From: Lachnospiraceae bacterium
Lineage (GTDB): Bacteria > Bacillota > Clostridia > Lachnospirales > Lachnospiraceae
Direction of reading: 5' to 3'
Assembly (NCBI GenBank): GCA_009774535.1
Contig: VSNY01000002.1
Span: 8,334-72,333, forward strand
DNA length: 64,000 nt
Of the stretch, positions 28,554-38,509 are shown piece after piece. Each line of letters begins with the position of its first letter. Positions within the stretch are counted from its first letter, which is position 1. Both the position numbers and the translations under genes were made by a program. Under the pieces are notes generated by a model. It was given only the letters and a program-made list of their open reading frames with translations, was not told the origin of the DNA and did no database searches.

Positions 28554-30845
28554 CTATTTCAGCTCTTTTCCAGAGTCCTTTGCTTTTACCTTCCTGGTTG
28601 TCGCGGCAGAGTCCCTGGTCTTTTGTTTCTTAGCTTTCTTTGCTTCGGCATGGTCATCCGAATCATTGGTTTTATCTTTTTCATCGCCGTCCTGATCTGA
28701 TACGGCGTTTTCTTTTTGCGCATCCTCTTCTGTACGAACGCCATAATACATCAGTGTATTTTCTGTTGTCCGGAAGATCGTATTGCTGGAACCAACCTGG
28801 CAGACTTTCAGGATATCCCCGCTTTCTAATTCAGCTGCATGATCCGCGGACAGGATCAGCTGTTCGTCTGATACAAAAGTTGTGGACATCTTTTCATCAT
28901 TGACATAAATGCGGCTCCAGTTTGTAAAATGATCTCCAAAAATGGCCAGGCTTCCATCGGCCAGATTTTCATAATGGTAAATATGCGTCGCGTCTACGCC
29001 CATCTGCAGATCGGATGCTGGATACAGATCCTGGCCGTCGTAAGAATAGCGCTCTCCATAGAGAAGGTCATACTGCAGGTTTTCCAGCCCGTTTTGATAC
29101 GCTTTTTGGTCGGCAGCGTATTCGCCGGCCTGATGGTACGTAAAGATTGTGCCTTCGTGAAGTCCCGCCTGTTCTGTCGTATAAGCAAGCAGCTGGTAAG
29201 CGGCGAGGTCGGCATCTTTTTGTTCCAGGCCGAAATTGTTCCAGGTTGCATACTGGGTCTTGAAAATATCGCCGGACTTTAAGTCTTCGTCGGCAAGCCC
29301 CATCGTTGGCAGGTGGTCGCCGAACAGCACAAGGATGGTATTTTCATCTCTTTTTGCAAGCATATCAGTCAGATTTTTAATAAACTTATCTACTTCGTGA
29401 ATCTGATTTACGTAGTATTCCCACTGGTTATTTTTCTCTTCGGTTTCAGCGCCGGATACTTGGATCTCCGGGTTCTGGATCACCTTTTCCTCAGGATAGG
29501 CCCCGTGTCCTTGTACGGTGATGGTGTAGACAAAATCAGCCTGGTCAGGAGTGGACTCCAGCGCTTTTTCGGTCTCGCCGATCAGGATATCATCCGTCGG
29601 CCAGGAACCAAGCGGGGTGTATTCCTGAATGTTCATCAGCTCTTTGCTTGTAAACGTATCAAAGCCAAACTGAGAAAACGCATTGGCGCGGCTGTAAAAA
29701 TTGCCGCCGTTGTTGTGGACGACATGCGTACCATAACCGAGCGCGGACAGGTCTGATGCGATGCTTTCGCAGTCGGTTTCTTTTAAGACGGTTTTGTACG
29801 GATATTCGCCAGTACCGAAAAACCGCAGGTTCATGCCAGTCAGCACTTCAAATTCTGAATTGGCGGTTCCGGCTCCGACAACAGGCACCGTCAGGTAACC
29901 AGATGTAAAATTATCGGTTAATGCGCGGAAATTCGGGATCGGATCTTTGGACATTTCCAGAAAATTGATTTCTGTCGGGTCCATAAACGATTCCAGTAAC
30001 ACGCAGATTACGTTTGGCTGCTGCTTATCCGAAGAGTCTGAAATGATCTGGCCGGATTGAGCAACCTTATAGGAAGAAGCTTCTGCCTTTGCCTGTGCAA
30101 CCGTCTGTTTAATCTGCTTAATCCTGGACTCGGAATAATCCAGCGGTTTGCGCATGCCGCGGTCCATCACGCTTGAAGAAAAACCATATACAAAACCATA
30201 GTCGGAGTATCCCTGCGCGATATTGGAAAAATAAGAAGCCATTTTTTCGGAATTATGTGCCATTGATGTTGCAGCGGACATCAATACCCCCATGCAGACA
30301 CAAAAGCCGGCTGCACGTATTTTATGCAGATGTCCCTGGAATTTTGGGCCTTTCATGGCTAAAACTACCAGAAATACAACCAAAATGCCTAACAGGATCA
30401 CAACGCATATTTCCTGTGTTTTGGAAAAATATTGTGTATTTGTCATTGTCAGCAGATCAGAGATACATTTCAGATCTGTATAGCCAAACGGCGTCACGCG
30501 CTGGGATAATACACATCCGTTGATAATGCCCAGCAGCAGCCAGACACAGCTGACAATAATGCGCATCAGCGTCCGGCGGCGGAACAGGTAGACAATGGAT
30601 AATGTAAAAAAGATGATCAGCGCATTAAAGAAAAACGCGAATGCATGACCTCCCAAAAACACACATGCGTCGATCAGGGAACGTCTGGAACAGACTTCAA
30701 TAACAAATACAAGTATGCATGCCAGCAATGCATGGAACAGCAGCGAGTAGCGGTTTAAAAAAGCAATCTGCCTGCTGTAATCGCGCTTTGGCGCTTTTTT
30801 CTCATGGTCTTTTGCCTGCCATTTATTTTGAAAAATTGTTTTCAT
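28554..30845 (-). CDS. LTA synthase family / sulfatase-like membrane protein
   Basis: Five N-terminal TM segments; PNVICVLLESF, GTANSEFEVLTG, QGHGAY, FGDHLP. Confidence 0.9.
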   Translation of the reverse strand: MKTIFQNKWQAKDHEKKAPKRDYSRQIAFLNRYSLLFHALLACILVFVIEVCSRRSLIDACVFLGGHAFAFFFNALIIFFTLSIVYLFRRRTLMRIIVSCVWLLLGIINGCVLSQRVTPFGYTDLKCISDLLTMTNTQYFSKTQEICVVILLGILVVFLVVLAMKGPKFQGHLHKIRAAGFCVCMGVLMSAATSMAHNSEKMASYFSNIAQGYSDYGFVYGFSSSVMDRGMRKPLDYSESRIKQIKQTVAQAKAEASSYKVAQSGQIISDSSDKQQPNVICVLLESFMDPTEINFLEMSKDPIPNFRALTDNFTSGYLTVPVVGAGTANSEFEVLTGMNLRFFGTGEYPYKTVLKETDCESIASDLSALGYGTHVVHNNGGNFYSRANAFSQFGFDTFTSKELMNIQEYTPLGSWPTDDILIGETEKALESTPDQADFVYTITVQGHGAYPEEKVIQNPEIQVSGAETEEKNNQWEYYVNQIHEVDKFIKNLTDMLAKRDENTILVLFGDHLPTMGLADEDLKSGDIFKTQYATWNNFGLEQKDADLAAYQLLAYTTEQAGLHEGTIFTYHQAGEYAADQKAYQNGLENLQYDLLYGERYSYDGQDLYPASDLQMGVDATHIYHYENLADGSLAIFGDHFTNWSRIYVNDEKMSTTFVSDEQLILSADHAAELESGDILKVCQVGSSNTIFRTTENTLMYYGVRTEEDAQKENAVSDQDGDEKDKTNDSDDHAEAKKAKKQKTRDSAATTRKVKAKDSGKELK

Positions 30846-31016
30846 AAATACGGATTACCTCCTCCGGAATTTCTTAAAAATACTTTATTCTGACTGAGAA
30901 TAAAATATATCCTAACGGGCAAAAAATCAACTGGTAAATATCATAAAAAATTCTTAAGATTTACATAATTTCGGGAAATAATGAATAAAGCTGTTTTATT
31001 ATTGAAGGAAATTGCC

Positions 31017-31045
31017 TTGAAACAGTGCATTTAGTGCGTTATAAT
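31017..31045 (+). promoter_or_regulatory. sigmaA promoter followed by a long hairpin
   Basis: TTGAAA-17-TATAAT. Confidence 0.6.
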
Positions 31046-31201
31046 CATCTATAAATCACAGGAAATATGGTATGATCTGCAGGTTCCGGTATATATTGCC
31101 GCCGGACAGGTTACAATGAGGGAAAGTATCTGTGGCTGTATGCTGCGCCGTGTCGCTGCTTATGCCGCAGGATTCATAAAAAGGAATGCCTGCCGGCAGT
31201 A

Positions 31202-31228
31202 ACCCTCCGGGCGTCCCGCGCATATACT
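31202..31228 (+). promoter_or_regulatory. SigK-like sporulation promoter
   Basis: ACC-16 nt-CATATACT, ~30 nt upstream of the start codon. Confidence 0.5.
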
Positions 31229-31257
31229 GCTATTAACGAAATGCAGGAGACAGACGC

Positions 31258-31824
31258 GTGGATTATAAGCAGGAACAGTTTATGCGTATGCAGCAGTACC
31301 AATACGCGCCGCAGATGCCGTTTTACATGAGCTATCCGATCCAGAATGTCTATATGACAGAACTGGAATATGAGCGGGATATGGAGCGCATGAAGGAACT
31401 GTATCCGGAAGAAGCAAAACGGATTCAGAAGCTTGTCGAAGAAGAATGTGACAAGATGGAATACGAAGGCAGCATGATGTTTGATGAATATCCCGACCGG
31501 GTGACCTTAAAAGTCATTTGCGACCGGATCGGTCAGCTGGCATCGCAGCCGCAGGAACAGGCAGAGGCAGAGCCGGAACTGGAAGCCCAGCAGGCAGAAC
31601 CGATTGACTATAACTATCATAGATGGAATCCGGGCAGACCGCCAGGGCCGCCGCCTCCATGGCCAGGGCCGCCGGGACCACCGCCAGGGCCGCCGCCTCC
31701 ACCAAGACCGCCAGGGCCGCCACCCCCGCATCGTCCGGGGCTGGGCAATCTGATTGAAGTGCTGCTCTATAATGAGATGTATCAAAGACGATGCAGGCAT
31801 AATCGCTGCCGCCGCTGGTGGTAA
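31258..31824 (+). CDS. Proline-rich hypothetical protein, possibly spore-coat associated
   Basis: GTG start with AGGAG RBS; PPGPPPP repeats; Arg/Cys-rich end. Confidence 0.7.
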   Translation: MDYKQEQFMRMQQYQYAPQMPFYMSYPIQNVYMTELEYERDMERMKELYPEEAKRIQKLVEEECDKMEYEGSMMFDEYPDRVTLKVICDRIGQLASQPQEQAEAEPELEAQQAEPIDYNYHRWNPGRPPGPPPPWPGPPGPPPGPPPPPRPPGPPPPHRPGLGNLIEVLLYNEMYQRRCRHNRCRRWW

Positions 31825-32048
31825 GTGTATCTGAATGCTGTAATTTGCGGTATGCATATCTGAATGCCGCAGGCAATCATGTGTTAAAATGCTGCTGACA
31901 CGAGCGCAGCATGGATCTGTCTGGCTGTCCGGGCGAAAGCCGTCTTGAAACGGCGGCGCTCGTGCGGCTGCCAGCAATTGCCAGTCATTCATGGATACCT
32001 GCCAACAGTTCTTTATTATTTTTAGAAGTGTACGAAAGGAAAAGACAG

Positions 32049-34553
32049 ATGAAAAAAGGATTGATCAAAGCAGCAGTGTTAATGGCTGTGTTTCTGATCA
32101 CACTGCTGATATCCGGTAAAGTCACAAATAAAGACCAGCTGGATCTGACCACGGAGATGGAAGCGCCAACTCTGCCTGTAATTGTATTGTACAACGAGGA
32201 CAGGCAGATCAACGAGTTATATGGATATACGTCGCAGATGAACGCGACCGGCATGCGGGATACGATCACGCCGTTGTCCAGCAGCAGGGAAGTCCCTCTG
32301 CAGATACGGACATACGGCTACCAGATCGATGGAATTTCTTATGAAATCCGCAGCATTGACGGAGAACGGCTCGTTTCAGACGGGAATATTACGGCATTTG
32401 AAGAAAAAGAGGGACAGATACGGACAAGCATCCCGGTACAAAGCCTGCTGGAACAGTCCCGCGAATATATCCTGACCTTAAAGCTCAGACAAGATGAAAA
32501 AATCTGCTATTATTATACCCGCATTGCAGACGGGAGAGACTGTTATGTACCAGAGAGCATCAAATTTGCACAGCAGATCAGCGATCTTACCTTTTCAGAA
32601 AACCCGGATCAGCTGTCTACTTATTGGGAAGCAAACGCCGCGGGGGATAATTCTACCTTACACAAAGTAACGATTCATTCTACCGTCAAACAGGCAAATT
32701 GGGCAGATTTTAAATGTGACAGGCTGACGACTCCGGTTCCGTCCGTGAAAGAGATGAATCAGTCTTATAACACGATCGTACTGGATTATGTTGTAACCTC
32801 GAAAGGAGAGCAGGGAGAACTGGAATATTATAATGTGGAGGAATACTACCGTATCCGTTATACAAATGAACGTATGTACCTGCTGAATTTTGAACGAACT
32901 ATGAATCAGATTTTCAACGGCGAAAATGATTTTCTTTATGAAAATTACCTGCAGCTGGGCATCCGCTCCAAAGAAGTCGAATATATGCAGAATGAGTCGC
33001 AGACCGTTACCTGCTTTGTACAGGAAGGAGATCTGTGGAGCTATAACCAGTCCTTCCACCGTCTGGCAGAAGTATTCAGCTTCCGCGGACATGAGGGCAT
33101 TGAGGCGCGGGAAAATCATATGCAGCATGATATCCGTATCCTGAACGTAGATGAGGCGGGGGATATTGACTACGTCGTCTACGGCTATATGAACCGCGGC
33201 ATTCATGAAGGAGAAATGGGGATCAGTTTCCTGCATTATGCAAGCCAGGCAAATACGAATGAAGAAAAATTGTTTTTATCATTTGAAAATTCTTACCAGG
33301 TACTTCAGGCAGAACTGGGCAAACTGCTTTACGAAAATACTTCCGGCAGTATTTATCTGCTCTTTAACGGAACCGTATTTTATATCAATCCGGCAACAAT
33401 GGAAATGGAAGAGATTGCCAGCGGCCTTTCGGATGATACGTATGCGGTGTCAGAATCCAACCGGTATTTTGCCTGGATCTCTGACCATGACGCCAGAGAA
33501 ATCTCCGTGATCGACCTTGAGACAGCAAACATCAGCCAGATCCGCGCCAAAGAAGGAAAGTCTCTGCGCGTACTTGGATTTTTGCAGGAAGACCTTGTAT
33601 ACGGGATGGCAGCGGACAAGCACCAGACAGGCGGCATGGCAGGCATCCGCCAGGCACCGATGTACGCCCTGCGCATCGTAAACGCCTCAAATATGGAAGT
33701 ATTAAAAAAATACCGCAAAAAGGGATACTTTATTGACAGTGTAGAATTTCAAAACGGGGTACTGATTATGCAGCGTCTGTCCCAGGGACCAAGCGGCTAT
33801 GAGCAGGCACAGCAGGATTCCATTGTAAACCGCACCCAGGAGAGCGAAGACCAGAAAGTCATCCATACAACCGTCACCGAAGTCAGGCAGACACAAGTAC
33901 AGCTGACACTGTCAGAAATGAAAAAAGAAACACCTCCGGTCTTTATAGCCGCAAAACAGATCTTAAATCAGGAGGACAAAAAGACCGCATTAAAACCGTC
34001 CCAGGAACAGCGGATGTATTTTGCATATGCAGCAGGCAGCATTAAAGCAGCCACTACAGATGTTGCAGAAGCCATCCGCAGCGCGGACGAGCATATGGGA
34101 GTAGTTGTGGATGAAAAGCAGAACTATATCTGGAAACGCGCCAGAAAGAACATTCAGCCATATTTAGAAGCGCAGCCTTCAGATACAGACGCGTCCGGTT
34201 CTTCTCTGGCAAAATGCGTCAGCGCCATTCTGCGGCATGAGGGCATTGAAGTCAGCGCCAGTGAGCTGCTGGAAAAAGGCGATACTCCACAGGAAATATT
34301 AGAATCCCTGCTGCCGGAAAGGGAAGTGATCGGGATAGAAGGATGCTCGTTATCACAGATTCTTTATTATGTGAACCGCGAGACTCCGGTACTGGCAGCC
34401 GCGGGAGCGCAGAAGACGATGCTTGTCACGGGGTATGACGCGCTGAATGTGTGGCTGTATGATCCGCTGGCGGGGAGTATTGTGAAAAGTACGATTGAGG
34501 ATGCAGATGGACAGTTCCGCGCGGCTGGGGGGATTTACCTGGTGTATCAATAA
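32049..34553 (+). CDS. Large membrane-anchored extracytoplasmic hypothetical protein
   Basis: Start MKKGLIKAAV after GAAAGGA; N-terminal TM/signal; ~834 aa. Confidence 0.8.
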   Translation: MKKGLIKAAVLMAVFLITLLISGKVTNKDQLDLTTEMEAPTLPVIVLYNEDRQINELYGYTSQMNATGMRDTITPLSSSREVPLQIRTYGYQIDGISYEIRSIDGERLVSDGNITAFEEKEGQIRTSIPVQSLLEQSREYILTLKLRQDEKICYYYTRIADGRDCYVPESIKFAQQISDLTFSENPDQLSTYWEANAAGDNSTLHKVTIHSTVKQANWADFKCDRLTTPVPSVKEMNQSYNTIVLDYVVTSKGEQGELEYYNVEEYYRIRYTNERMYLLNFERTMNQIFNGENDFLYENYLQLGIRSKEVEYMQNESQTVTCFVQEGDLWSYNQSFHRLAEVFSFRGHEGIEARENHMQHDIRILNVDEAGDIDYVVYGYMNRGIHEGEMGISFLHYASQANTNEEKLFLSFENSYQVLQAELGKLLYENTSGSIYLLFNGTVFYINPATMEMEEIASGLSDDTYAVSESNRYFAWISDHDAREISVIDLETANISQIRAKEGKSLRVLGFLQEDLVYGMAADKHQTGGMAGIRQAPMYALRIVNASNMEVLKKYRKKGYFIDSVEFQNGVLIMQRLSQGPSGYEQAQQDSIVNRTQESEDQKVIHTTVTEVRQTQVQLTLSEMKKETPPVFIAAKQILNQEDKKTALKPSQEQRMYFAYAAGSIKAATTDVAEAIRSADEHMGVVVDEKQNYIWKRARKNIQPYLEAQPSDTDASGSSLAKCVSAILRHEGIEVSASELLEKGDTPQEILESLLPEREVIGIEGCSLSQILYYVNRETPVLAAAGAQKTMLVTGYDALNVWLYDPLAGSIVKSTIEDADGQFRAAGGIYLVYQ

Positions 34554-34559
34554 AATATA

Positions 34560-34647
34560 TTGCGGGCGGAGGGGAGTGGCTCCCCCTCAATCCTATGCCG
34601 CCGGGCTGCGCGCCCTTTTGCCTGACACGGACACATCCGGGCAGCCA
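34560..34647 (+). repeat. GC-rich intergenic repeat family, copy C
   Basis: CTCAATCCTATGCCGCCGGGCTGC...CTGACACGGACACATCCGGGCAGCC matches 45721-45775 inverted and 16949-16973. Confidence 0.75.
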
Positions 34648-34682
34648 AAAAAGTAAAGGGCTGCATTGTACAAGTAAAAATA

Positions 34683-34763
34683 TTGACAATTTGCTTTTTT
34701 GTGGTAAAATAATAAAGTATTTGGCTCTCAAGGATGGGACAGCGTGCAGATGCTGTCCTTTTT
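34683..34763 (+). promoter_or_regulatory. Promoter and leader terminator upstream of the amino acid symporter
   Basis: TTGACA-16-TAAAAT (extended TG), then GGACAGC-loop-GCTGTCC-TTTTT. Confidence 0.55.
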
Positions 34764-34932
34764 CTGGATATTATCTGCCACTGGCATAAAATGCTGTATC
34801 CTGCATAAAATAAAAAGGACACAATCCGGCAGTACACATCAAAAGCGGCAGCAAAAGAAAAATAAGCAGTTTTGACCGTTCCGATTTACAGGAACTGTCC
34901 AGGCTGTCAGTTTAAGAAGGGAGTATATAGTT

Positions 34933-36321
34933 ATGAAAGAACTGGAAGAGATTCTGAACGTGATCGATGACTTCGTATGGGGTCCGGTTATGCTTGTGTT
35001 GCTCGTAGGGACGGGGATCTTTTTAACCATCAGGCTGAAATTTCTTACCTGGAGAAATCTTCCGTATGCGATCAAGCTCACATTAAGCAAAGAAGCAAGG
35101 ACGAAGCGCGGAGCCGGGGATGTGTCGCCGTTTGCGGCGCTTACGACGGCGCTGGCGGCTACGATTGGTACGGGGAATATTGTAGGTGTTGCGACGGCTA
35201 TGGTGTCCGGCGGGGCCGGAGCGCTGGTATGGATGTGGATCTCAGCTTGTTTCGGGCTGACTTCTAAGTTCAGCGAGTGTATGCTGGCGATTAAGTACCG
35301 GGAAGTGAACGCGCAGGGAGAAATGTCCGGCGGGCCGATGTATACGATGAAAAAAGCGTTTGGGAATCAGAAGATCGGCGCTGCGCTGGGATGGCTGTTC
35401 GCGTTGTTTGCAGTGATCGCTTCGTTTGGGATCGGGAATCTGACACAGGCAAATTCCATTTCAGATGCGGTAAATAAGACGTTTGAAGTTCCGACCTGGC
35501 TGACGGGCATAATTATTACGGTGCTTTCACTGTGTATTATTGTAGGCGGCATTAAGTCGATCTCCAAGCTGTCTTCGGTGATTGTTCCCTGTATGGCGAT
35601 TTTTTATGTGATCGGCGGTCTGATTGTTATTTTTGGAAATATCGGAAATGTGCCGGCTGGTGTGGCGGAGATTTTTAAAATGGCGTTTTCCGTCAAAGCA
35701 GTTGCAGGCGGCGTTGGCGGGACGATTGTAGCGTCTATGATGAGCGGGATGCGGTATGGAATCGCGCGCGGGGTATTTTCTAATGAAGCAGGCATGGGAT
35801 CTGCGGCGATTACGGCAGCGTCTGCTACGACCGATAATCCGGTCCGGCAGGGATACATAAATATGACGGGTACGTTCTGGGATACGATTGTGGTATGTAC
35901 GATTACAGGACTTTGTATTGCGTCTTCTGGCGTACTTGGCATGACGGATGCAAGCGGCAAAGCGATCGAAGGCTCGGCGCTTACGATAGAGGCGTTTAAG
36001 ACAGTGCTGGGGCCAGCGGGCGGATGGATGGTAACTGTTGGTATTGCGCTGTTTGCGTTTTCTACGATCCTTGGCTGGGAATATCACGGGGAGAAGGCGC
36101 TGGAGTATCTGGTGGGGACGCATAAATATAATATGGCGTACCGGATTCTTTTTTCAGCTGTTGCATTTGTGGGCGCGACAACGACGCTGTCGATTGCATG
36201 GAAATTTTCAGATATTGCGAATGCACTGATGGCAGTGCCGAACCTGATCTGCCTGCTGGCGTTAAGCGGAGAACTGGCGAAAGACGTGGAAAGCTTCCAG
36301 CAATCTATGAAAGGAAGATGA
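34933..36321 (+). CDS. Alanine/glycine:cation symporter (AgcS/AlsT family)
   Basis: ATIGTGNIVGVA, GGPMY, RGVFSNEAGMGS, DTIVVCTIT. Confidence 0.93.
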   Translation: MKELEEILNVIDDFVWGPVMLVLLVGTGIFLTIRLKFLTWRNLPYAIKLTLSKEARTKRGAGDVSPFAALTTALAATIGTGNIVGVATAMVSGGAGALVWMWISACFGLTSKFSECMLAIKYREVNAQGEMSGGPMYTMKKAFGNQKIGAALGWLFALFAVIASFGIGNLTQANSISDAVNKTFEVPTWLTGIIITVLSLCIIVGGIKSISKLSSVIVPCMAIFYVIGGLIVIFGNIGNVPAGVAEIFKMAFSVKAVAGGVGGTIVASMMSGMRYGIARGVFSNEAGMGSAAITAASATTDNPVRQGYINMTGTFWDTIVVCTITGLCIASSGVLGMTDASGKAIEGSALTIEAFKTVLGPAGGWMVTVGIALFAFSTILGWEYHGEKALEYLVGTHKYNMAYRILFSAVAFVGATTTLSIAWKFSDIANALMAVPNLICLLALSGELAKDVESFQQSMKGR

Positions 36322-36511
36322 CGCTGATCTGCGTAGTGCAAACAGCCCGCAAAAATTGCCTAAAATTCTGCGGCGTTTTATGCGGCATTCGTGAATTTTA
36401 ACAGAAATGTAACAGAAATGAAAAAAACACTTGCAAATGCTTGATTTTTGGACTATATTACGAGATGAACTTGTGTATTCTAAACTGATTCTAAGGGAAG
36501 TGGAAGGAATT

Positions 36512-36766
36512 ATGAGTAATAAGCAGATTATAGTTTCAAATGTAGCAAAAGGGCATCAAAATCCAATTGCAGAGCTTGTTCAGGTGGCATGTCAGTTCGA
36601 CAGCAACATCACATTTGTGAATGACAACCGCAAGATTAATGCAAAAAGTATTATGGGGATTATGGCATTTAATCCGTCCAAAGGAATGAGCGTAAACATT
36701 ATTACTGAAGGCAACGACGAGAAAGAAGCTCTGTTAGCAATGGAAAAGTTTTTAGTGTGTGAGTAG
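36512..36766 (+). CDS. HPr-family (Crh-like) protein
   Basis: INAKSIMGIM (Ser46 motif) is intact; the His15 motif has diverged to GHQNP. Confidence 0.8.
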   Translation: MSNKQIIVSNVAKGHQNPIAELVQVACQFDSNITFVNDNRKINAKSIMGIMAFNPSKGMSVNIITEGNDEKEALLAMEKFLVCE

Positions 36767-36786
36767 ATTGTAGGAGGTCTAAGGAG

Positions 36787-37218
36787 ATGAGCTCAAAGAG
36801 TACAGACAAAGAAACAAAGTCAGTTGCAAATGCAGCAGATGTAAAAGAAGTGGAAGCGGTTAAAGCGGATGCGAAACCAGAAGCAGACACGGCTGTTAAG
36901 AGAGACACAAAGACGGTTGGTAAGAAGGCTGAAAAGGATGAAGCAAAAGCAGCTAAAAAAACTGCTGCAAAAAGATCAACAACAAAGAAGACAGACAAAG
37001 CAGAAAAGCCGGAATTAAAGCCTGATGTATTTATTGAATTTCAGAACAGACAGGCAAGCGAGTCATCGGTTGTTGATAGAGTGAAAGCAGCGTTTGTTGC
37101 AAGCGGACACAGAGTCTCATCGATTAAGTCCTTACAGATATATATCAAGCCAGAAGAATATAAGGCTTACTATGTAATTAATGATAATAAATATAGCGGT
37201 GAAGTAGATCTGTTTTAA
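36787..37218 (+). CDS. DUF6465-like Lys/Ala-rich protein
   Basis: Low-complexity K/A N-terminus; C-terminal IYIKPEEYKAYYVIN. Confidence 0.7.
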   Translation: MSSKSTDKETKSVANAADVKEVEAVKADAKPEADTAVKRDTKTVGKKAEKDEAKAAKKTAAKRSTTKKTDKAEKPELKPDVFIEFQNRQASESSVVDRVKAAFVASGHRVSSIKSLQIYIKPEEYKAYYVINDNKYSGEVDLF

Positions 37219-37244
37219 CGGATGAGAAGCAGACTGTGAGAACA

Positions 37245-37292
37245 TAAAAAAACGGTACATTGGATGCAGATGCCAATGTACCGTTTTTTTAT
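37245..37292. terminator. Bidirectional terminator
   Basis: AAAAAAACGGTACATTGG...CCAATGTACCGTTTTTTT between convergent genes. Confidence 0.85.
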
Positions 37293-38467
37293 AATTCACC
37301 ATTCTCATATCTGGTGACAAGGCTTTTAATCCGGTCATAAGGGTCCAGCAGATGGCTGATGGAAGTATCATGATTTAAGGTATCGATAATGTTTGCAATA
37401 TATTTGCTCATATCACAATTAATATAATACGGCTTGCTCAGCAGTTCCGGCGTCTGGTAAATCAGGTTGGTCGTGATTACCCGGTAAATAATGCCGTCTT
37501 CTACTGCTTTATCAAATTTGTCCAATCCATCCGTAAACAATCCAAACGTCGACAACACAAATATACGTTTGGCTTTCCGCTTTTTCAGCTCGGTGGCAAC
37601 ATCGATCATGCTGTCGCCAGAGGAAATCATATCGTCAATAATCATTACGTCTTTATCTTCTACTGAAGCGCCGAGAAATTCATGAGCGATAATCGGGTTG
37701 CGCCCATTGACAATCCGGCTGTAGTCACGACGTTTGTAGAACATACCGATATTGATGCCGAGTACGCTGGCCAAATATACCGCCCGTCCGGTAGCGCCTT
37801 CGTCCGGACTGATCATCATCATATGGTCAGCATCGAATTTCAGATCAGGCACATTGGTACACAGCCCTTTGATAAACTGATAAGCGGGCTGGATCGTTTC
37901 AAATCCGGATAACGGGATGGCGTTTTGTACGCGCGGGTCATGTGCGTCAAACGTAATAATATTGTCTACGCCCATTGAGGTCAGTTCCTGCAGCATCATA
38001 GCACAGTCCATAGATTCGCGTCCGTTGCGCCGATGCTGGCGGCCTTCGTATAAGAAGGTCATAATAACTGTAATGCGCCGCGCCTTTCCTCCGGCGGCGG
38101 CAATAATCCGTTTTAAGTCCGCATAGTGGTCATCCGGGGATTTGTGGTTTGGCTGGCCGCAGACCGTATATGTCTCGTGGTAATTCGTTACATCGCACAA
38201 AATAAACAAATCATAGCCGCGGATCGAATCTTTGATAAATCCTTTCGCTTCGCCAGTGCCAAAACGCGGAGTGCTCGCATTGACAAGATAAGTGTCGCGT
38301 TCAAATCCGCGGAATGCGATCGTTGTCTTATGGTCAGACTGCTGTTCGTGACGCCACTGGACAAGGTATTTGTCTACTTTTTCCCCCAGAGAGGAGCAGT
38401 TTGACATTGGAATCAGGCCGAGTACCCCGACTGGAATACTTTCAATCGTGTTGTCATCATAATGCAT
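37289..38467 (-). CDS. prs: Ribose-phosphate pyrophosphokinase
   Basis: FLYEGRQHRR, TFDAHDP, ISPDEGA, IIDDMISSG. Confidence 0.92.
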   Translation of the reverse strand: MHYDDNTIESIPVGVLGLIPMSNCSSLGEKVDKYLVQWRHEQQSDHKTTIAFRGFERDTYLVNASTPRFGTGEAKGFIKDSIRGYDLFILCDVTNYHETYTVCGQPNHKSPDDHYADLKRIIAAAGGKARRITVIMTFLYEGRQHRRNGRESMDCAMMLQELTSMGVDNIITFDAHDPRVQNAIPLSGFETIQPAYQFIKGLCTNVPDLKFDADHMMMISPDEGATGRAVYLASVLGINIGMFYKRRDYSRIVNGRNPIIAHEFLGASVEDKDVMIIDDMISSGDSMIDVATELKKRKAKRIFVLSTFGLFTDGLDKFDKAVEDGIIYRVITTNLIYQTPELLSKPYYINCDMSKYIANIIDTLNHDTSISHLLDPYDRIKSLVTRYENGEL

Positions 38468-38509
38468 AGTGTAAGTCCTCCGTTATATTGAATTTTGCCG
38501 CGGTACGGG

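Noticed and set aside
34715..34930. Glycine riboswitch or T-box
   Set aside because: The conserved aptamer motifs and the T-box GGTGGNACC sequence were not found.
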